Shown: positions 32,146 to 42,082 of the stretch, piece after piece
How the letters are laid out: the number at the start of each line of letters is the position of its first letter
How positions within the stretch are numbered: position 1 is the stretch's first letter
Assembly (NCBI GenBank): GCA_963745035.1
Contig: CAVUVW010000013.1
Location: 1,120,001 to 1,184,000 of the forward strand
Reading direction: 5' to 3'
Origin: an uncultured delta proteobacterium
GTDB taxonomy: Bacteria > Desulfobacterota > Binatia > UBA9968
DNA: 64,000 nt
Made by a program: the position numbers and the translations under genes
The notes under the pieces: generated by a model
What the model was told of the DNA's origin: nothing
Databases searched by the model: none
What the model saw: the letters and a program-made list of their open reading frames with translations, nothing else

Positions 32146-32503
32146 ATGGCTCAGACCTACAAAGACTTGGTGGTATGGCAGAAAGCCATGCGGCTCGTGG
32201 CAAACGTTTATCGGGAGACAGCTCATTTTCCCAGAGAAGAAATCTATGGGCTTACGAGTCAGTTGCGGCGTGCGGCTATTTCGATTCCCTGCAATATTGC
32301 TGAAGGGCAGGGACGGCTAACCGACGGCGAATTCCAACAATTTTGGGCTACGGGCGAGGTTCTCTGCTCGAAGTGGAAACTTTGATTCTGATAGCGAGCG
32401 ATCTTAAGTTCATTGATCCGGATGCTAGAACTGAGACCTTGAGCCTGGCAGCCGAAGTCGAAAAATTCTCAACGGTCTTCTAAACTCGATCTCCAAACGG
32501 TAA
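32146..32503 (+). CDS. Four helix bundle protein (23S rRNA IVP/bAvd-like); two homopolymer frameshifts
   Basis: YKDLVVWQKA, FPREEIYGLTSQLRRAAISIPCNIAEG, RGSLLEVET and ILNGL motifs. Confidence 0.92.
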
Positions 32504-32533
32504 CTGGCGGCTGACTGCCGGTGACTGGCGACT
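32503..32533 (-). repeat. Degenerate heptamer array downstream of the four-helix-bundle gene
   Basis: ACTGGCG GCTGACT GCCGGTG ACTGGCG ACT. Confidence 0.65.
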
Positions 32534-32535
32534 CC

Positions 32536-33855
32536 ATGGACCGCCATCGCACATTTCTTCCCGCCCTCGCTCTCGGGTTGGCCACTCTCGCCTTCATCGT
32601 CGCCAAAACCGGACGAGACGCGCTTTTTTTCCAGGGAAGCGGCGGGTTGCTGCAACTGCCGCTCATCTATATCAACATCGGCGCCGCGGCGCTGCCGCTC
32701 GCTCTGATCTTCGTCAAAGCGATGAAGGCGTGGGGCGCGCGGCCGGCGCGCGTCGGCATCCTCGTGCTCGCGGCATGCGTCATGGCCGGCAGCGCGCCGT
32801 TTTTGCGGCCGGGGGATAATCCGCCGATGCTGGCCATGTTCATGTTCATTCCGGCGATCTTCGGTTTGTTGTTCGCCAGTCTCTGGTTGTTGGCGTCCGA
32901 TCTTTTCGAGAAAACCGACAAGCGGGACGCGGCGCGGGCGTTCAGCAAGATCGGCGCGGCGACCCTGGCCGGCGGCATGACCGGCGGGCTCCTGTCGAAA
33001 GCTCTCGCGCCCCATCTCGCGCCGAAATGGCTGATCCTGCTCGCCGCCGTCGCCGTCTTCGGCGTCGCCGCGCTCGTGCTGCACATCCATCGCCGCTTTC
33101 CGAGCAACGTCCAGGCGAAAAAGGCAAGTGACGGCAAATCCGGCATCGTCGGGGTGGTATCCAACAAGTACGCGTTGACTTTGCTGTTCATCTCGATGAC
33201 CGGCGCTCTCGCCGGGCTGTTCATCGACTTTCAGTTCTATGCAGCCGCCGCGAGCGCGCGCATGAGCGCTGCGGGCAACGCCGATTTCTTCGCCAACTTT
33301 TATATCCTGCTCAACTTCAGCTCACTCATGCTGCAAATTTTTGCTACGCCGAAGATCCAGGACAGGATCGGTGTGCGCGGCGGCCTGATGGTTCTGCCGT
33401 TCGCCCTGGTCGGCGGCGCGGCTTTCGCATCGGCGGCGGCCACCGCGCTCAGCCGATCGGTGCTGCGCGTCACCGAAGGCGGACTGCGCTCGTCCGTGCA
33501 CCGCTCGATTTGGGAGCAAGCGTTTATTCCGGTGGATTCGTCGGATCGATCCACGGTCAAACTGATTGTCGATGGCGTCGCCGCGCGCATCGCGGAGGCG
33601 ATCGGCGCGCTAGCGATTCTGTTTTGGCTCAAGCGAGTCGTGCCCGCCGACAAGTTGGAAATGCCGCTCGACACCCGCTGGATGTCCTGGGTCATTCTTG
33701 CCACGGTTGCGACCTGGCTGATCATCACGCGTAGCCTTCGCACGCAATCGGCGGAAAGTTCCAGCGCCACACCCGCGCCGATGACGGACGTGGAATGCGA
33801 AAGATTCCCCGATCAGTGCCCGTGCACGACGGAGCTCGGCAAAGGAATCCGCTAA
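32536..33855 (+). CDS. MFS-fold transporter, Npt/TLC (ATP/ADP translocase)-like
   Basis: AKTGRDALFF motif, LWLLASDLF, DFQF, about 12 TM helices; Cys-rich tail. Confidence 0.75.
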   Translation: MDRHRTFLPALALGLATLAFIVAKTGRDALFFQGSGGLLQLPLIYINIGAAALPLALIFVKAMKAWGARPARVGILVLAACVMAGSAPFLRPGDNPPMLAMFMFIPAIFGLLFASLWLLASDLFEKTDKRDAARAFSKIGAATLAGGMTGGLLSKALAPHLAPKWLILLAAVAVFGVAALVLHIHRRFPSNVQAKKASDGKSGIVGVVSNKYALTLLFISMTGALAGLFIDFQFYAAAASARMSAAGNADFFANFYILLNFSSLMLQIFATPKIQDRIGVRGGLMVLPFALVGGAAFASAAATALSRSVLRVTEGGLRSSVHRSIWEQAFIPVDSSDRSTVKLIVDGVAARIAEAIGALAILFWLKRVVPADKLEMPLDTRWMSWVILATVATWLIITRSLRTQSAESSSATPAPMTDVECERFPDQCPCTTELGKGIR

Positions 33856-33921
33856 GAGCAGCCTCGTCCCCGTGCCTCGTTTCGATGGCATAACGCCGTC
33901 CGATAGGCTAATCCTACTTGC

Positions 33922-34830
33922 ATGCGCATCTGCTCCCTGCTGCCTGGCGCGACGGAGATCGCCTATCTGCTCGGCCTCGGCGAGCAAATCGTCGGAGTCA
34001 CTCACGAATGCGACTATCCGCCCGACGCCCAATACAAGCCGGTGGTGGTCCGAAGCGCCGTCGATGCAAGCCTCATGTCGAGCGATGAGATCGACCGCAA
34101 AGTCGCTGCGCTGCTGCAGGCAGGTAAAGGGCTTTACACGATCGACGAGGAAAAATTGGCCGAAGCTGCGCCCGACCTGATCCTAACCCAGGGCCTGTGC
34201 GAGGTTTGCGCTCTCGACTACGACACGGTCGTCAAGGCAGCAAAGCGCCTGCCGAGCACACCGGAGATTGTGTCGCTCAATCCGCATTCGCTGGCGGAAA
34301 TTCTCGACGATATCGCGCGCGTGGGCGCCGCGACCCGTCGAGAAACCGCGGCGGCCGACGTCGTGAGTGACCTCCGCGGGCGAATCGAGCGCATCGGGCT
34401 GCGCGAACCCGACTATCGACCGCGGGTGGTCTGTCTCGAATGGTTTGAGCCGCTCTATGTCGCCGGCCACTGGGTACCGGAAATGGTCGCGCTCGCCGGC
34501 GGCTTCGACGCGCTCGGCCGGAAAGGCGAACCGTCGTTTAAAATCGAATGGCAGAAAGTGCTGGCTGCCAAACCGGACGTGATCCTGCTCATGCCCTGCG
34601 GCTTCGACGTGCGCCGCACGGTCAAAGAATCGACGCCGCTGCGCGGTCTTGAAGGATGGAACGATCTGCCCGCGGTGAAATCCGGCAACGTCTACGCGCT
34701 CAACGGCAGCGCCTATTTCAGCCGGCCCGGTCCGAGGCTGGTGAACGGCCTGGAGATTCTCGCCAGAATCATTCATCCGGAGCAGATCACTGAAACGCTA
34801 TTGAGCTCGGATGCCGCGAGATTAAATTAG
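33922..34830 (+). CDS. Cobalamin/iron-binding protein (BtuF-like), no signal peptide
   Basis: RICSLLPGATE, VGVTHECDYP, TQGLCEVCA and FSRPGPRL motifs. Confidence 0.9.
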   Translation: MRICSLLPGATEIAYLLGLGEQIVGVTHECDYPPDAQYKPVVVRSAVDASLMSSDEIDRKVAALLQAGKGLYTIDEEKLAEAAPDLILTQGLCEVCALDYDTVVKAAKRLPSTPEIVSLNPHSLAEILDDIARVGAATRRETAAADVVSDLRGRIERIGLREPDYRPRVVCLEWFEPLYVAGHWVPEMVALAGGFDALGRKGEPSFKIEWQKVLAAKPDVILLMPCGFDVRRTVKESTPLRGLEGWNDLPAVKSGNVYALNGSAYFSRPGPRLVNGLEILARIIHPEQITETLLSSDAARLN

Positions 34831-34985
34831 TGCGGTTCCGAGCGAACGCGAGAAATCTCCTCCCCTGTACGATCCGAAACGAACGCAAACCGAACTACTA
34901 CCCGTTTATTCCACCGGCAAAAGTTGACCGCCAAAATCTCCAGTGATAGCGTCGCCGCAGCATTTCACGTCGTGAGGAGAATCTT

Positions 34986-35717
34986 ATGGGCAAGAGTATC
35001 GTTGTCACCGGTGCCGCCGGTGGGATTTGTTCGGATATCTGCCGTGGGCTGGCGGCCGACGGATTGAACGTCGTCGTCGCGGATTACGCCAAGGCAGCGG
35101 CGGAGAAGGTCGCGGCGGAAATTTGTGACAACAAAGGCAGCGCCATCGCCGTGCAGGTCGATGTCGGCGATCCCAAGAGCGTAGCCGACATGATGCAGCA
35201 GGCGATCGCCAAATACGGCCAAGTCGACTATGCGTTTTGCGGCGCCGGCGTGATGGATCGCGTTCCCGTCGTAGATATGCCGGAAGAAATGTGGGATCGG
35301 CTGATGAGAATCAATCTAAAAGGCGTTTTCCTTTGCGCTCAGGCCGCGGCCAAGCACATGATTCCGCGAAGAGAAGGCCGGATCCTCAGCATCGCCTCGG
35401 GCCGGGGAGTCGCCGGCGCGCCGCGCTCGGCGCATTACGCGGCATCGAAAGCCGGCGTCATCGCGTTTACCAAATCGCTGGCCGCGGAGCTGGCGGCGGA
35501 CAATATCACCGTCAACTGCGTCTGTCCGGGCGCGACGGATACGCCGATGTCGCGCATCGGCTTCACACCGGATCAATTCAAGAAGCGCGAGGAAATCCCG
35601 CCGCTGATGGACGGCCTCACCCACAAATTCGAAATTGTCGGCCTGGTCCGCTACCTGCTCTCCGACGCGACCAAATTTGTCACCGGTCAAACTTTCTTCC
35701 TGCGCACGCCCAAGTAA
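34986..35717 (+). CDS. SDR family oxidoreductase
   Basis: TGAAGGI, YAASK and VCPG motifs; AGGAG RBS. Confidence 0.94.
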   Translation: MGKSIVVTGAAGGICSDICRGLAADGLNVVVADYAKAAAEKVAAEICDNKGSAIAVQVDVGDPKSVADMMQQAIAKYGQVDYAFCGAGVMDRVPVVDMPEEMWDRLMRINLKGVFLCAQAAAKHMIPRREGRILSIASGRGVAGAPRSAHYAASKAGVIAFTKSLAAELAADNITVNCVCPGATDTPMSRIGFTPDQFKKREEIPPLMDGLTHKFEIVGLVRYLLSDATKFVTGQTFFLRTPK

Positions 35718-35976
35718 ACCCACTCACGGTACAACGATAAAGGCAGCGCCGAATTGGCGCGGCCACCGAGCAACTCAGCAGGCTCGGTGCCATATGGATT
35801 ATTTTTCGACACCCATACAATGGCGGGCATTGCGCTTCGCGCCGCCGACTGCTGCCGAGCGTCATTGCGAGGAGCGCGAGCGTGCTAAGGTGTGTAAAAA
35901 ACTGCCGGATACTCGGGTTAGCTCATCATGACGACTGCGCGCCTTCCTTCCGGGCACACAGTCTCACCGGAGCAAG

Positions 35977-36348
35977 TCAGTTGATCAAACCCGTGGAGCT
36001 ATCGAAGGTGAAGCTCGGCTGGCTGCCGCTAGGACGGCTCGCAGTCAAAGTGAAGGTCGACGGCGTGGGCACGCTGATGGCAAGTGTGACACCGAAAGTT
36101 TTTCTGTACCCGACCAGGAGAATCGCTGCTTCGGTGCTTGGATACGCGAGGAACTCTCCGTAGTAGCTTTCCATGGCCAAGGCCGCGTTCTTGAGATCCG
36201 AGCGCATCGATGCGTCGATCGCGCGGGCGCGGTGGAGCTGAAACTGCTGTACGGCGATCGCGACAAGAATGCCTAGAACCGCGACCACGACGATTAACTC
36301 CAGCAACGTGAAACCACTTTCGGAATTGGCGGTCTTTGAGAGCCCCAT
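35977..36348 (-). CDS. Type IV pilin-like protein
   Basis: G|FTLLELIVVVAVLGILVAIA prepilin motif; SDLKNA..AMESYY. Confidence 0.92.
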   Translation of the reverse strand: MGLSKTANSESGFTLLELIVVVAVLGILVAIAVQQFQLHRARAIDASMRSDLKNAALAMESYYGEFLAYPSTEAAILLVGYRKTFGVTLAISVPTPSTFTLTASRPSGSQPSFTFDSSTGLIN

Positions 36349-36505
36349 CTGCGTACACCGAGAAGATCCGAGGTAAATTGGCAGAAAAAATAGCACACCT
36401 TTCTAAAAACTGCCAGTATTTTGTGGGGCAATGAGATAGTACCGCCGGATATGCGACCGCTTGCGTGCGGTCCCACTGCTTGCCGTTCGTGCTTTCGCAG
36501 ATCGA

Positions 36506-37588
36506 TCAAGTGCCGAACATCGGCATACGGGTTTCAGCACCCCGTCGCACGCATTCGGCGGTAAAAATCTTGTGGATTTCGGGATTTTGATCCTCGTATT
36601 CGATCTGCGCGCCACCCTTTTTGACGTCCTCACCGGTATCCTTCAACTCCTCGACTTTGAATTTGAAACCCCAGGGCTTGAGCGCCAGGTACCGCGCCGG
36701 CTCCGGACCCGGATTGAAATGCTGATGCCACCACTGCATGGGCGGCACGAACATGCTCATGCGCCCCCACTCGACCCGCTTCTTGGTGCCGTACTCGCCT
36801 TCCGGCCAGAGAAACGAATAGCCTGAGCCGGTGAGCATGACGATGTGCGCCCCGGCGCCGTGGCGGTGGGCCTTTTTGTATTTGCCGACGGGAAACTCGG
36901 AAATATGGGCGCTCATCGTATTATCGACGAATTCGAACAACGTCGTGCGGTTATCGCCGCCCCGCTCCTTGTAGTCCTTGGGCTGAAACCCCCAGAGATC
37001 GGCGATGAAGTTGGACTCCCACACCCGTCCGCGCTTGACCTCGGGAAGGTATCTTCCGCCTTTGCCCCACTCGTCCGCGCCGCCGCTGTAGCGATCGCCG
37101 AAAATGAAGTTGTTGTTGAACACGTAGTCGAGATTGCGGTACCGGTTGATGATCACCGGCGCGTCGGTCAGAGAAACCATACGCACGGGCGTTTTCCCCT
37201 GGGCGTTGAAGTGCTGGTGCCAGGTATTGAGCGGAGTCGAGAAGAGACTGCCCTTCTGCCATTCGAGTGTGTGCTTCTTACCGCCCTCGTTCCAGATCGT
37301 GGTCGCGCCCTGGCCCTCAAGAACGAAGATCGCCTTCTCATACATGTGGCGCTGTGGCTTGAGCTCGCTGCCGGGCGCTATTTCTTCGATCAAGACGTCG
37401 CAGGTACCGCCGGCGCCGTCCATGTTGGCAAAGGCGGCCTTGCCGCCGTTGCGCGCCCAATCACCGAGCTTCAGCTCCAGCAGATCCGGGAGAATAAAAT
37501 CCTTGTACACCGGTATCTCTTCCCATTCCTGGTAAATCTCGTACGGGCTCTTGCCCGAAAAGGCGGAGGCTTCATTCAAGTTTTTCAT
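36506..37588 (-). CDS. Bicupin (gentisate 1,2-dioxygenase-like fold)
   Basis: Two cupin motifs: QRHMYE...PLNTWHQHFN and AHRHGAGAH...PMQWWHQHFN. Confidence 0.88.
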   Translation of the reverse strand: MKNLNEASAFSGKSPYEIYQEWEEIPVYKDFILPDLLELKLGDWARNGGKAAFANMDGAGGTCDVLIEEIAPGSELKPQRHMYEKAIFVLEGQGATTIWNEGGKKHTLEWQKGSLFSTPLNTWHQHFNAQGKTPVRMVSLTDAPVIINRYRNLDYVFNNNFIFGDRYSGGADEWGKGGRYLPEVKRGRVWESNFIADLWGFQPKDYKERGGDNRTTLFEFVDNTMSAHISEFPVGKYKKAHRHGAGAHIVMLTGSGYSFLWPEGEYGTKKRVEWGRMSMFVPPMQWWHQHFNPGPEPARYLALKPWGFKFKVEELKDTGEDVKKGGAQIEYEDQNPEIHKIFTAECVRRGAETRMPMFGT

Positions 37589-37649
37589 GGCGTTTCCTTC
37601 CTTGGTTTTTCAGACGCTGACGGCCGCGCCGCGTCGCTGCGGACCAATC

Positions 37650-38354
37650 TCAGTGAATCTGCTCCATATAATAACCCAGCGCGCCGCGATAGGCGCGATC
37701 GATCGCCATGGAGTCGCGCGCGCCAAGCAGCACGAGATCGCGATCTTCAGGCGTCTTCACGTAGCGCTCGAACATCTCGGAAATATTTTCCGAGTGTTCG
37801 GTGTCGGCGACCACGTGAACGTCGAGGGAAATCATTCTTTTCAAGTTGATGCCGAGCTCATTTTCGAACTTCTTGCCGACCCGGTACGACATGCCGCCGC
37901 CTTTGACGATCTTGCCGTTGTTGCGCCGCTCGAGCATGTGCGAAGAAGTATAAGCCGTCAGCCAGTGACTGCGCAGCGCGACGTGGTGCCAGGCGTAGAA
38001 ACAGGCGCGCACCATCGCGGGCACCTCGGCTTTCTCGAAATCCTCCGGCGTTAACCCGATGACTTCACCCTGCTTGACCGTCAGCGCGTAATGGTCCATG
38101 CCCGCGCGCGGATCGTTGACCAGCTCGTCGCTCTCGTGCTCCCAAATCACCCGCTTCACCGCCAGCGGCGCGCCGCCTTGCACGTAGCCCCAGCAATCGC
38201 GCCGGTTGCTGGTGTAGAGCGCGTTTTGCAGGACGTAAAACCTTCCCCGTTCCAACGTCAGCGGCACCGCGAGAAAATTCTTGAACTCGACGCTCTCGAA
38301 TTGATCGTTGACCATCTGGTCCAGTGTTTTGAGCAGGTCTCCCACAAGATCCAT
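37650..38354 (-). CDS. Heme-oxygenase-like diiron protein (CADD/PqqC fold)
   Basis: HESDE..DH, LE and HVVADTEH ligand pattern; all-helical. Confidence 0.82.
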   Translation of the reverse strand: MDLVGDLLKTLDQMVNDQFESVEFKNFLAVPLTLERGRFYVLQNALYTSNRRDCWGYVQGGAPLAVKRVIWEHESDELVNDPRAGMDHYALTVKQGEVIGLTPEDFEKAEVPAMVRACFYAWHHVALRSHWLTAYTSSHMLERRNNGKIVKGGGMSYRVGKKFENELGINLKRMISLDVHVVADTEHSENISEMFERYVKTPEDRDLVLLGARDSMAIDRAYRGALGYYMEQIH

Positions 38355-38378
38355 GCTGATCTCCCAGGTCGTTTGGCT

Positions 38379-39092
38379 TTACGGCAGAGCCGCGAGCATG
38401 TCGGCAAGATGGCCGCGATAAACTCGGTCGATCAGCAGGCTCTCGCGCGCGCCGCGCACCAGCGCCCGGCGCGCCGCTTCGGTGGTCGCGTGCCGGCGCG
38501 CCACCTGCATCAATAAATGTGCGTGCTCGACGTCCATCGTCACGTGCTCGGCGTTGTTGATCTGCTTTTTTACCGGGATGCCGAGATCGCGCTCGAGCAT
38601 TCGGCTGATCCGCAAAGACAGCGAACCGCCTTGGATCAGCTCGCTCGAGTTGCGCATTTCGAGGATCGCCGAGCCGGCGAGCGCCTCGAGCCAGGGACGC
38701 TGCGCCAAGCGAATCCAGGCGCTGAAACAGACTTCACCGCCTTCCAGACGCGCCGCGCGCTCGAACGCTTCGGCGCTCAGCCCGAACACAGCCCCTTCCT
38801 GGACGGCCAAAGTGATATGATCGACCTTGCCCTGGGCCTTCCGGCCGATCAGCTCGTCCTCCTCGTGGTGCCAGATCGATTGCTTGACGTCGAGCGGCGC
38901 CGAGCCCTGCACGTAGCCCCAGCAATCGCGCCGGTTTTCCACGTAGTAGGCCATCTGAATCGAATACTGCTGCGCTCTTTTCTGCGAAAACTTCGTGCCG
39001 AGCAGGCGTTGAAACGGCGCCGAGGCGAATTGCTCGTTGACCAATCTGACCAACTCCGCCCAGGTCGTTTCGATACTGTCCGTGATTCCCAT
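38379..39092 (-). CDS. Heme-oxygenase-like diiron protein (CADD/PqqC fold), paralog
   Basis: HEEDE..DH, LE and HVTMDVEH; shares NRRDCWGYVQG with its neighbour. Confidence 0.82.
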   Translation of the reverse strand: MGITDSIETTWAELVRLVNEQFASAPFQRLLGTKFSQKRAQQYSIQMAYYVENRRDCWGYVQGSAPLDVKQSIWHHEEDELIGRKAQGKVDHITLAVQEGAVFGLSAEAFERAARLEGGEVCFSAWIRLAQRPWLEALAGSAILEMRNSSELIQGGSLSLRISRMLERDLGIPVKKQINNAEHVTMDVEHAHLLMQVARRHATTEAARRALVRGARESLLIDRVYRGHLADMLAALP

Positions 39093-39222
39093 CAAACTTC
39101 CTCGACCGCGCTTGCCGCTTCTTAACACAAGCAAGTTTGCCGTGTCCAACCAAGGGGCGCGTTCATTTTCTTTTCGCCGCTGCCGGAAGCTTGCCCCAGC
39201 GGGCGGGGAAACGCGCATGTTC

Positions 39223-40173
39223 TTAACTCGCTTCATCGAGCGAAATAAACAAATCGGCAAGGGTCATCGGCTTGGCGAACAGGCCCTGCTCGCCGGCGTA
39301 GCGCACCAATGCATTGAGCGCCTTTTCGTTGCCCTTGATGCCGAATCTCCACGGATCCGGTCCCAGCACGGCCCGCTGTTCTTCCCATACCTGGCGATTC
39401 CACGCGAAATTGGAATACGTCGCGTCCGCGTCGTCGCGCAACGCCAGATTCTTCGCCTCCACGCAAGCGTCGAACATCTCTTGAGCCGCCGAAGGATGTT
39501 TTTCCAAATATGACGAATGAAACGTAATCGCATGGCTGGTCGGGAAAACACCGCTCCGCCGGAACGATTCCTGCTCGACTGACTTCGAGTCGGGCAACAG
39601 CCGGCGCCAGCCTCTTTCCTCCGGAAAATCCGGCACGATGATCGCGTCGAATTCGCCCTGGAGCATGCGCTTCGTAAGCGAGTGCTCGCTCGGTACGACA
39701 TCGAGACGCGTCCCGACGGGCAGCGATAATTCCACTTTGTTCGGCCGCGGCATCACCCAGTGAATATCCTGCGCCTTTACGCCGTACTCATCGCTGAGAA
39801 TCCCGCGCACCCAGAGGCCGCAGGTATTGAGCCAGCCCGGGATGCCGACTTTCTTGCCCTTCAACTGCGCCGGCTCTTTGAGCGGCGAGTTTTCCGGCAC
39901 GAAAATGTAGGAATGGCGAAACTTGCGATTAGGAAAAGCCGGGATAGCCATATACGGCTTGCCGCGGCTTTTGAGGGCGCAGTAATTCGCCAGCGAGAAT
40001 TCACCCGTATCGTATTTTCCCGCGAGAAATTGCTCGTGGCCCTCGCCGTCGCTCTCGAAAGGCTCAGCCCTGAGCGTGAAACTTTTCAGCTTCACCCGCC
40101 CGTCGCACATGGGCTTCGCGCGTAGATGATAACCAGCCGCCAGCGATAACTCCGGTCTTTGACTGTCGCTCAT
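39223..40173 (-). CDS. 4,5-dihydroxyphthalate decarboxylase-like (PhtD, SBP fold) protein
   Basis: EFSLA, AIPAFPNRKFRHS, WVRGILSDEYG and DPWRFGI..N motifs. Confidence 0.85.
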   Translation of the reverse strand: MSDSQRPELSLAAGYHLRAKPMCDGRVKLKSFTLRAEPFESDGEGHEQFLAGKYDTGEFSLANYCALKSRGKPYMAIPAFPNRKFRHSYIFVPENSPLKEPAQLKGKKVGIPGWLNTCGLWVRGILSDEYGVKAQDIHWVMPRPNKVELSLPVGTRLDVVPSEHSLTKRMLQGEFDAIIVPDFPEERGWRRLLPDSKSVEQESFRRSGVFPTSHAITFHSSYLEKHPSAAQEMFDACVEAKNLALRDDADATYSNFAWNRQVWEEQRAVLGPDPWRFGIKGNEKALNALVRYAGEQGLFAKPMTLADLFISLDEAS

Positions 40174-41105
40174 CGCAAACTCCTTAGGATCGAATAATCG
40201 ACGACTTCGTTTATCGAAAGACTCTTCTCACCTTCGCTCCGCGCATAGGGACCGTCGAGCGCCTTCTTCAAGCGCTCCTCCGGCATGATCATGTCATCGA
40301 GCATCACCTCGCGAATCTCGTTGTAGGAATTCTCCGCGATGCGCTCGTTCACTTTGAAGCTCTGGCGAATATAATCGATGGTGCCGGGACGGTCCTGCTT
40401 GATGCGGCGATAGGATTCGAGCAGCGCTTTGAGGCTTTTGCGAATGCGCTCGGGGCGGCTGCGCAGTTTTTCCTGGCTCGTCGCCATGCCGTTGAACGGC
40501 GACTCGGCCACGTCGCTGGTTTTGGCCAGGACTTTGTAGCCTTGAACGACCATCTCGCCGGTGAATGGCGGGCTCAGCACCGAGGCGTCCAGGGAATTTT
40601 GCTGCAGGCCGATCATGCTGACAATCGTGCTTCCGGTTTGAATGAAGGTCACCTTGCGCACGTCGACGCCGTTTTGCGTCAACATCCACACCGCTCCGTT
40701 GTGGCTTTCGGAACCGATGCGCGAGACGCCGACTTTCTTGCCTTCGAGGTCCTTCGGAGTTTTGACCGCCGCGCCGCTCACGAGCGAAAAGAGCGGCGCG
40801 CGGTAAAGCACCGCCAGCACTTTGAGCGGCGCGCCCTTGCGCATCGCCTCGAACGCCGTGCCCACGCCGGACATGAAGTCGAGTTCGCCGGAAGCGACCC
40901 CAGCCACCTGTAGATTACTGCGGATTTGAATGATCTCGGCGCGCAACCCTTCTCTGTCGAAAAATCCTTTGTCCTTGGCGTAGTAGTACGGCATCAAGAC
41001 CACGTTACGCACCGACAACGCGATCCTTACCGTCTCTTGCGCGTCGGCAAGTGTCACGCAGCATAGGCTCGCGACTAGAACGAAACAATAAACGACTGAT
41101 TTCAT
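40170..41105 (-). CDS. NMT1/SsuA-like ABC substrate-binding protein
   Basis: Signal peptide; AKDKGFFDREGL and DLEGKKVGVSRIGS motifs. Confidence 0.9.
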   Translation of the reverse strand: MKSVVYCFVLVASLCCVTLADAQETVRIALSVRNVVLMPYYYAKDKGFFDREGLRAEIIQIRSNLQVAGVASGELDFMSGVGTAFEAMRKGAPLKVLAVLYRAPLFSLVSGAAVKTPKDLEGKKVGVSRIGSESHNGAVWMLTQNGVDVRKVTFIQTGSTIVSMIGLQQNSLDASVLSPPFTGEMVVQGYKVLAKTSDVAESPFNGMATSQEKLRSRPERIRKSLKALLESYRRIKQDRPGTIDYIRQSFKVNERIAENSYNEIREVMLDDMIMPEERLKKALDGPYARSEGEKSLSINEVVDYSILRSLR

Positions 41106-41108
41106 CGA

Positions 41109-42047
41109 TCACTTCAAGCTGCGCAGCAAAGAGAAGTCGAACATCTCCGAAGCCGCGATCGGCTTGGGCAATTCGCCGCGTTGATGCGATCCGTCCAGAT
41201 ATTCCTGAATCTGCTTGTCACCCAGCATCAGCGAGTCCACCATGACACCGGCGATGTCATCGTAGGAGGAGGCGGCGTTCGCGGCGCTCACCTTGAAGTT
41301 TCTTTCGATGTACGAAACGACCGCCGGCTTCTCACGCCGAATGACCGCCGTCACGTCGCGCATCGAGCGCAGCATACTGCGGACTTGCTCGGGCTGCCGT
41401 TCGGCTTTCTGGCGGTGAACGACTAGTCCCAACCATGGCGCTTCGGCAAGCGAACGGCTGCGCCCGAGAACTTTGAATCCCTTTTCGGCCATAATCCCGG
41501 TAAATGGCGGGCTCAACACCGCGGCGTCGACGGCGCCTTGTTGAATTGCGGTCAGGCTGACGGTCGTGCTGCCGGTTTGGATAAAAGTCACTCTCTTCGG
41601 ATCGGCGCCGCCGTTCTCGATCATCAGCGAGCCATACCGGTGGCTTTCCGAACCGATACGCGAGACCGCGACCTTCTTGCCCTCAAGACTTTTCGCGCTG
41701 GCGAGAGTAGCCGGGGCGACCAAAGAAAAGAGCGGCGCGCGATAGAGAACCGCCAGTGCCCTTACGGGGAGACCGTTGGCGAAGGCGGCGCCCGCCGGCC
41801 CGACCGATGGCGTGTAGTCCACTTCGCCGGAAGCCAACCCGGCGAGTTGAAGATCGCTGCGCATCTGAATGAGCTCGACGTTGAGACCATGCTTGTCAAA
41901 AATCTTGGTGTCTTTGGCATAGTAGAACGGCAAGAACACCACATTGCGCACTGACAAGGCGAGCCGCACGCGCTCCTGCGCCGGTGATTGTAGAACCGTT
42001 CCCAGCCAGACCGTTGCCGAAAGCGCGATTGTAAAGACAACTTTCAT
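41109..42047 (-). CDS. NMT1/SsuA-like ABC substrate-binding protein, tandem paralog
   Basis: Shares ALSVRNVV, YRAPLFSLV, SRIGSESH and LSPPFTG with 40170-41105. Confidence 0.9.
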   Translation of the reverse strand: MKVVFTIALSATVWLGTVLQSPAQERVRLALSVRNVVFLPFYYAKDTKIFDKHGLNVELIQMRSDLQLAGLASGEVDYTPSVGPAGAAFANGLPVRALAVLYRAPLFSLVAPATLASAKSLEGKKVAVSRIGSESHRYGSLMIENGGADPKRVTFIQTGSTTVSLTAIQQGAVDAAVLSPPFTGIMAEKGFKVLGRSRSLAEAPWLGLVVHRQKAERQPEQVRSMLRSMRDVTAVIRREKPAVVSYIERNFKVSAANAASSYDDIAGVMVDSLMLGDKQIQEYLDGSHQRGELPKPIAASEMFDFSLLRSLK

Positions 42048-42082
42048 GCAGTACTGAATCCTTTTCAGAAAAGGCAATGCAG

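Noticed and set aside
32146-32503. Avd of a diversity-generating retroelement
   Set aside because: No reverse transcriptase and no TR/VR pair with adenine-specific differences; SBP tails differ at all base types
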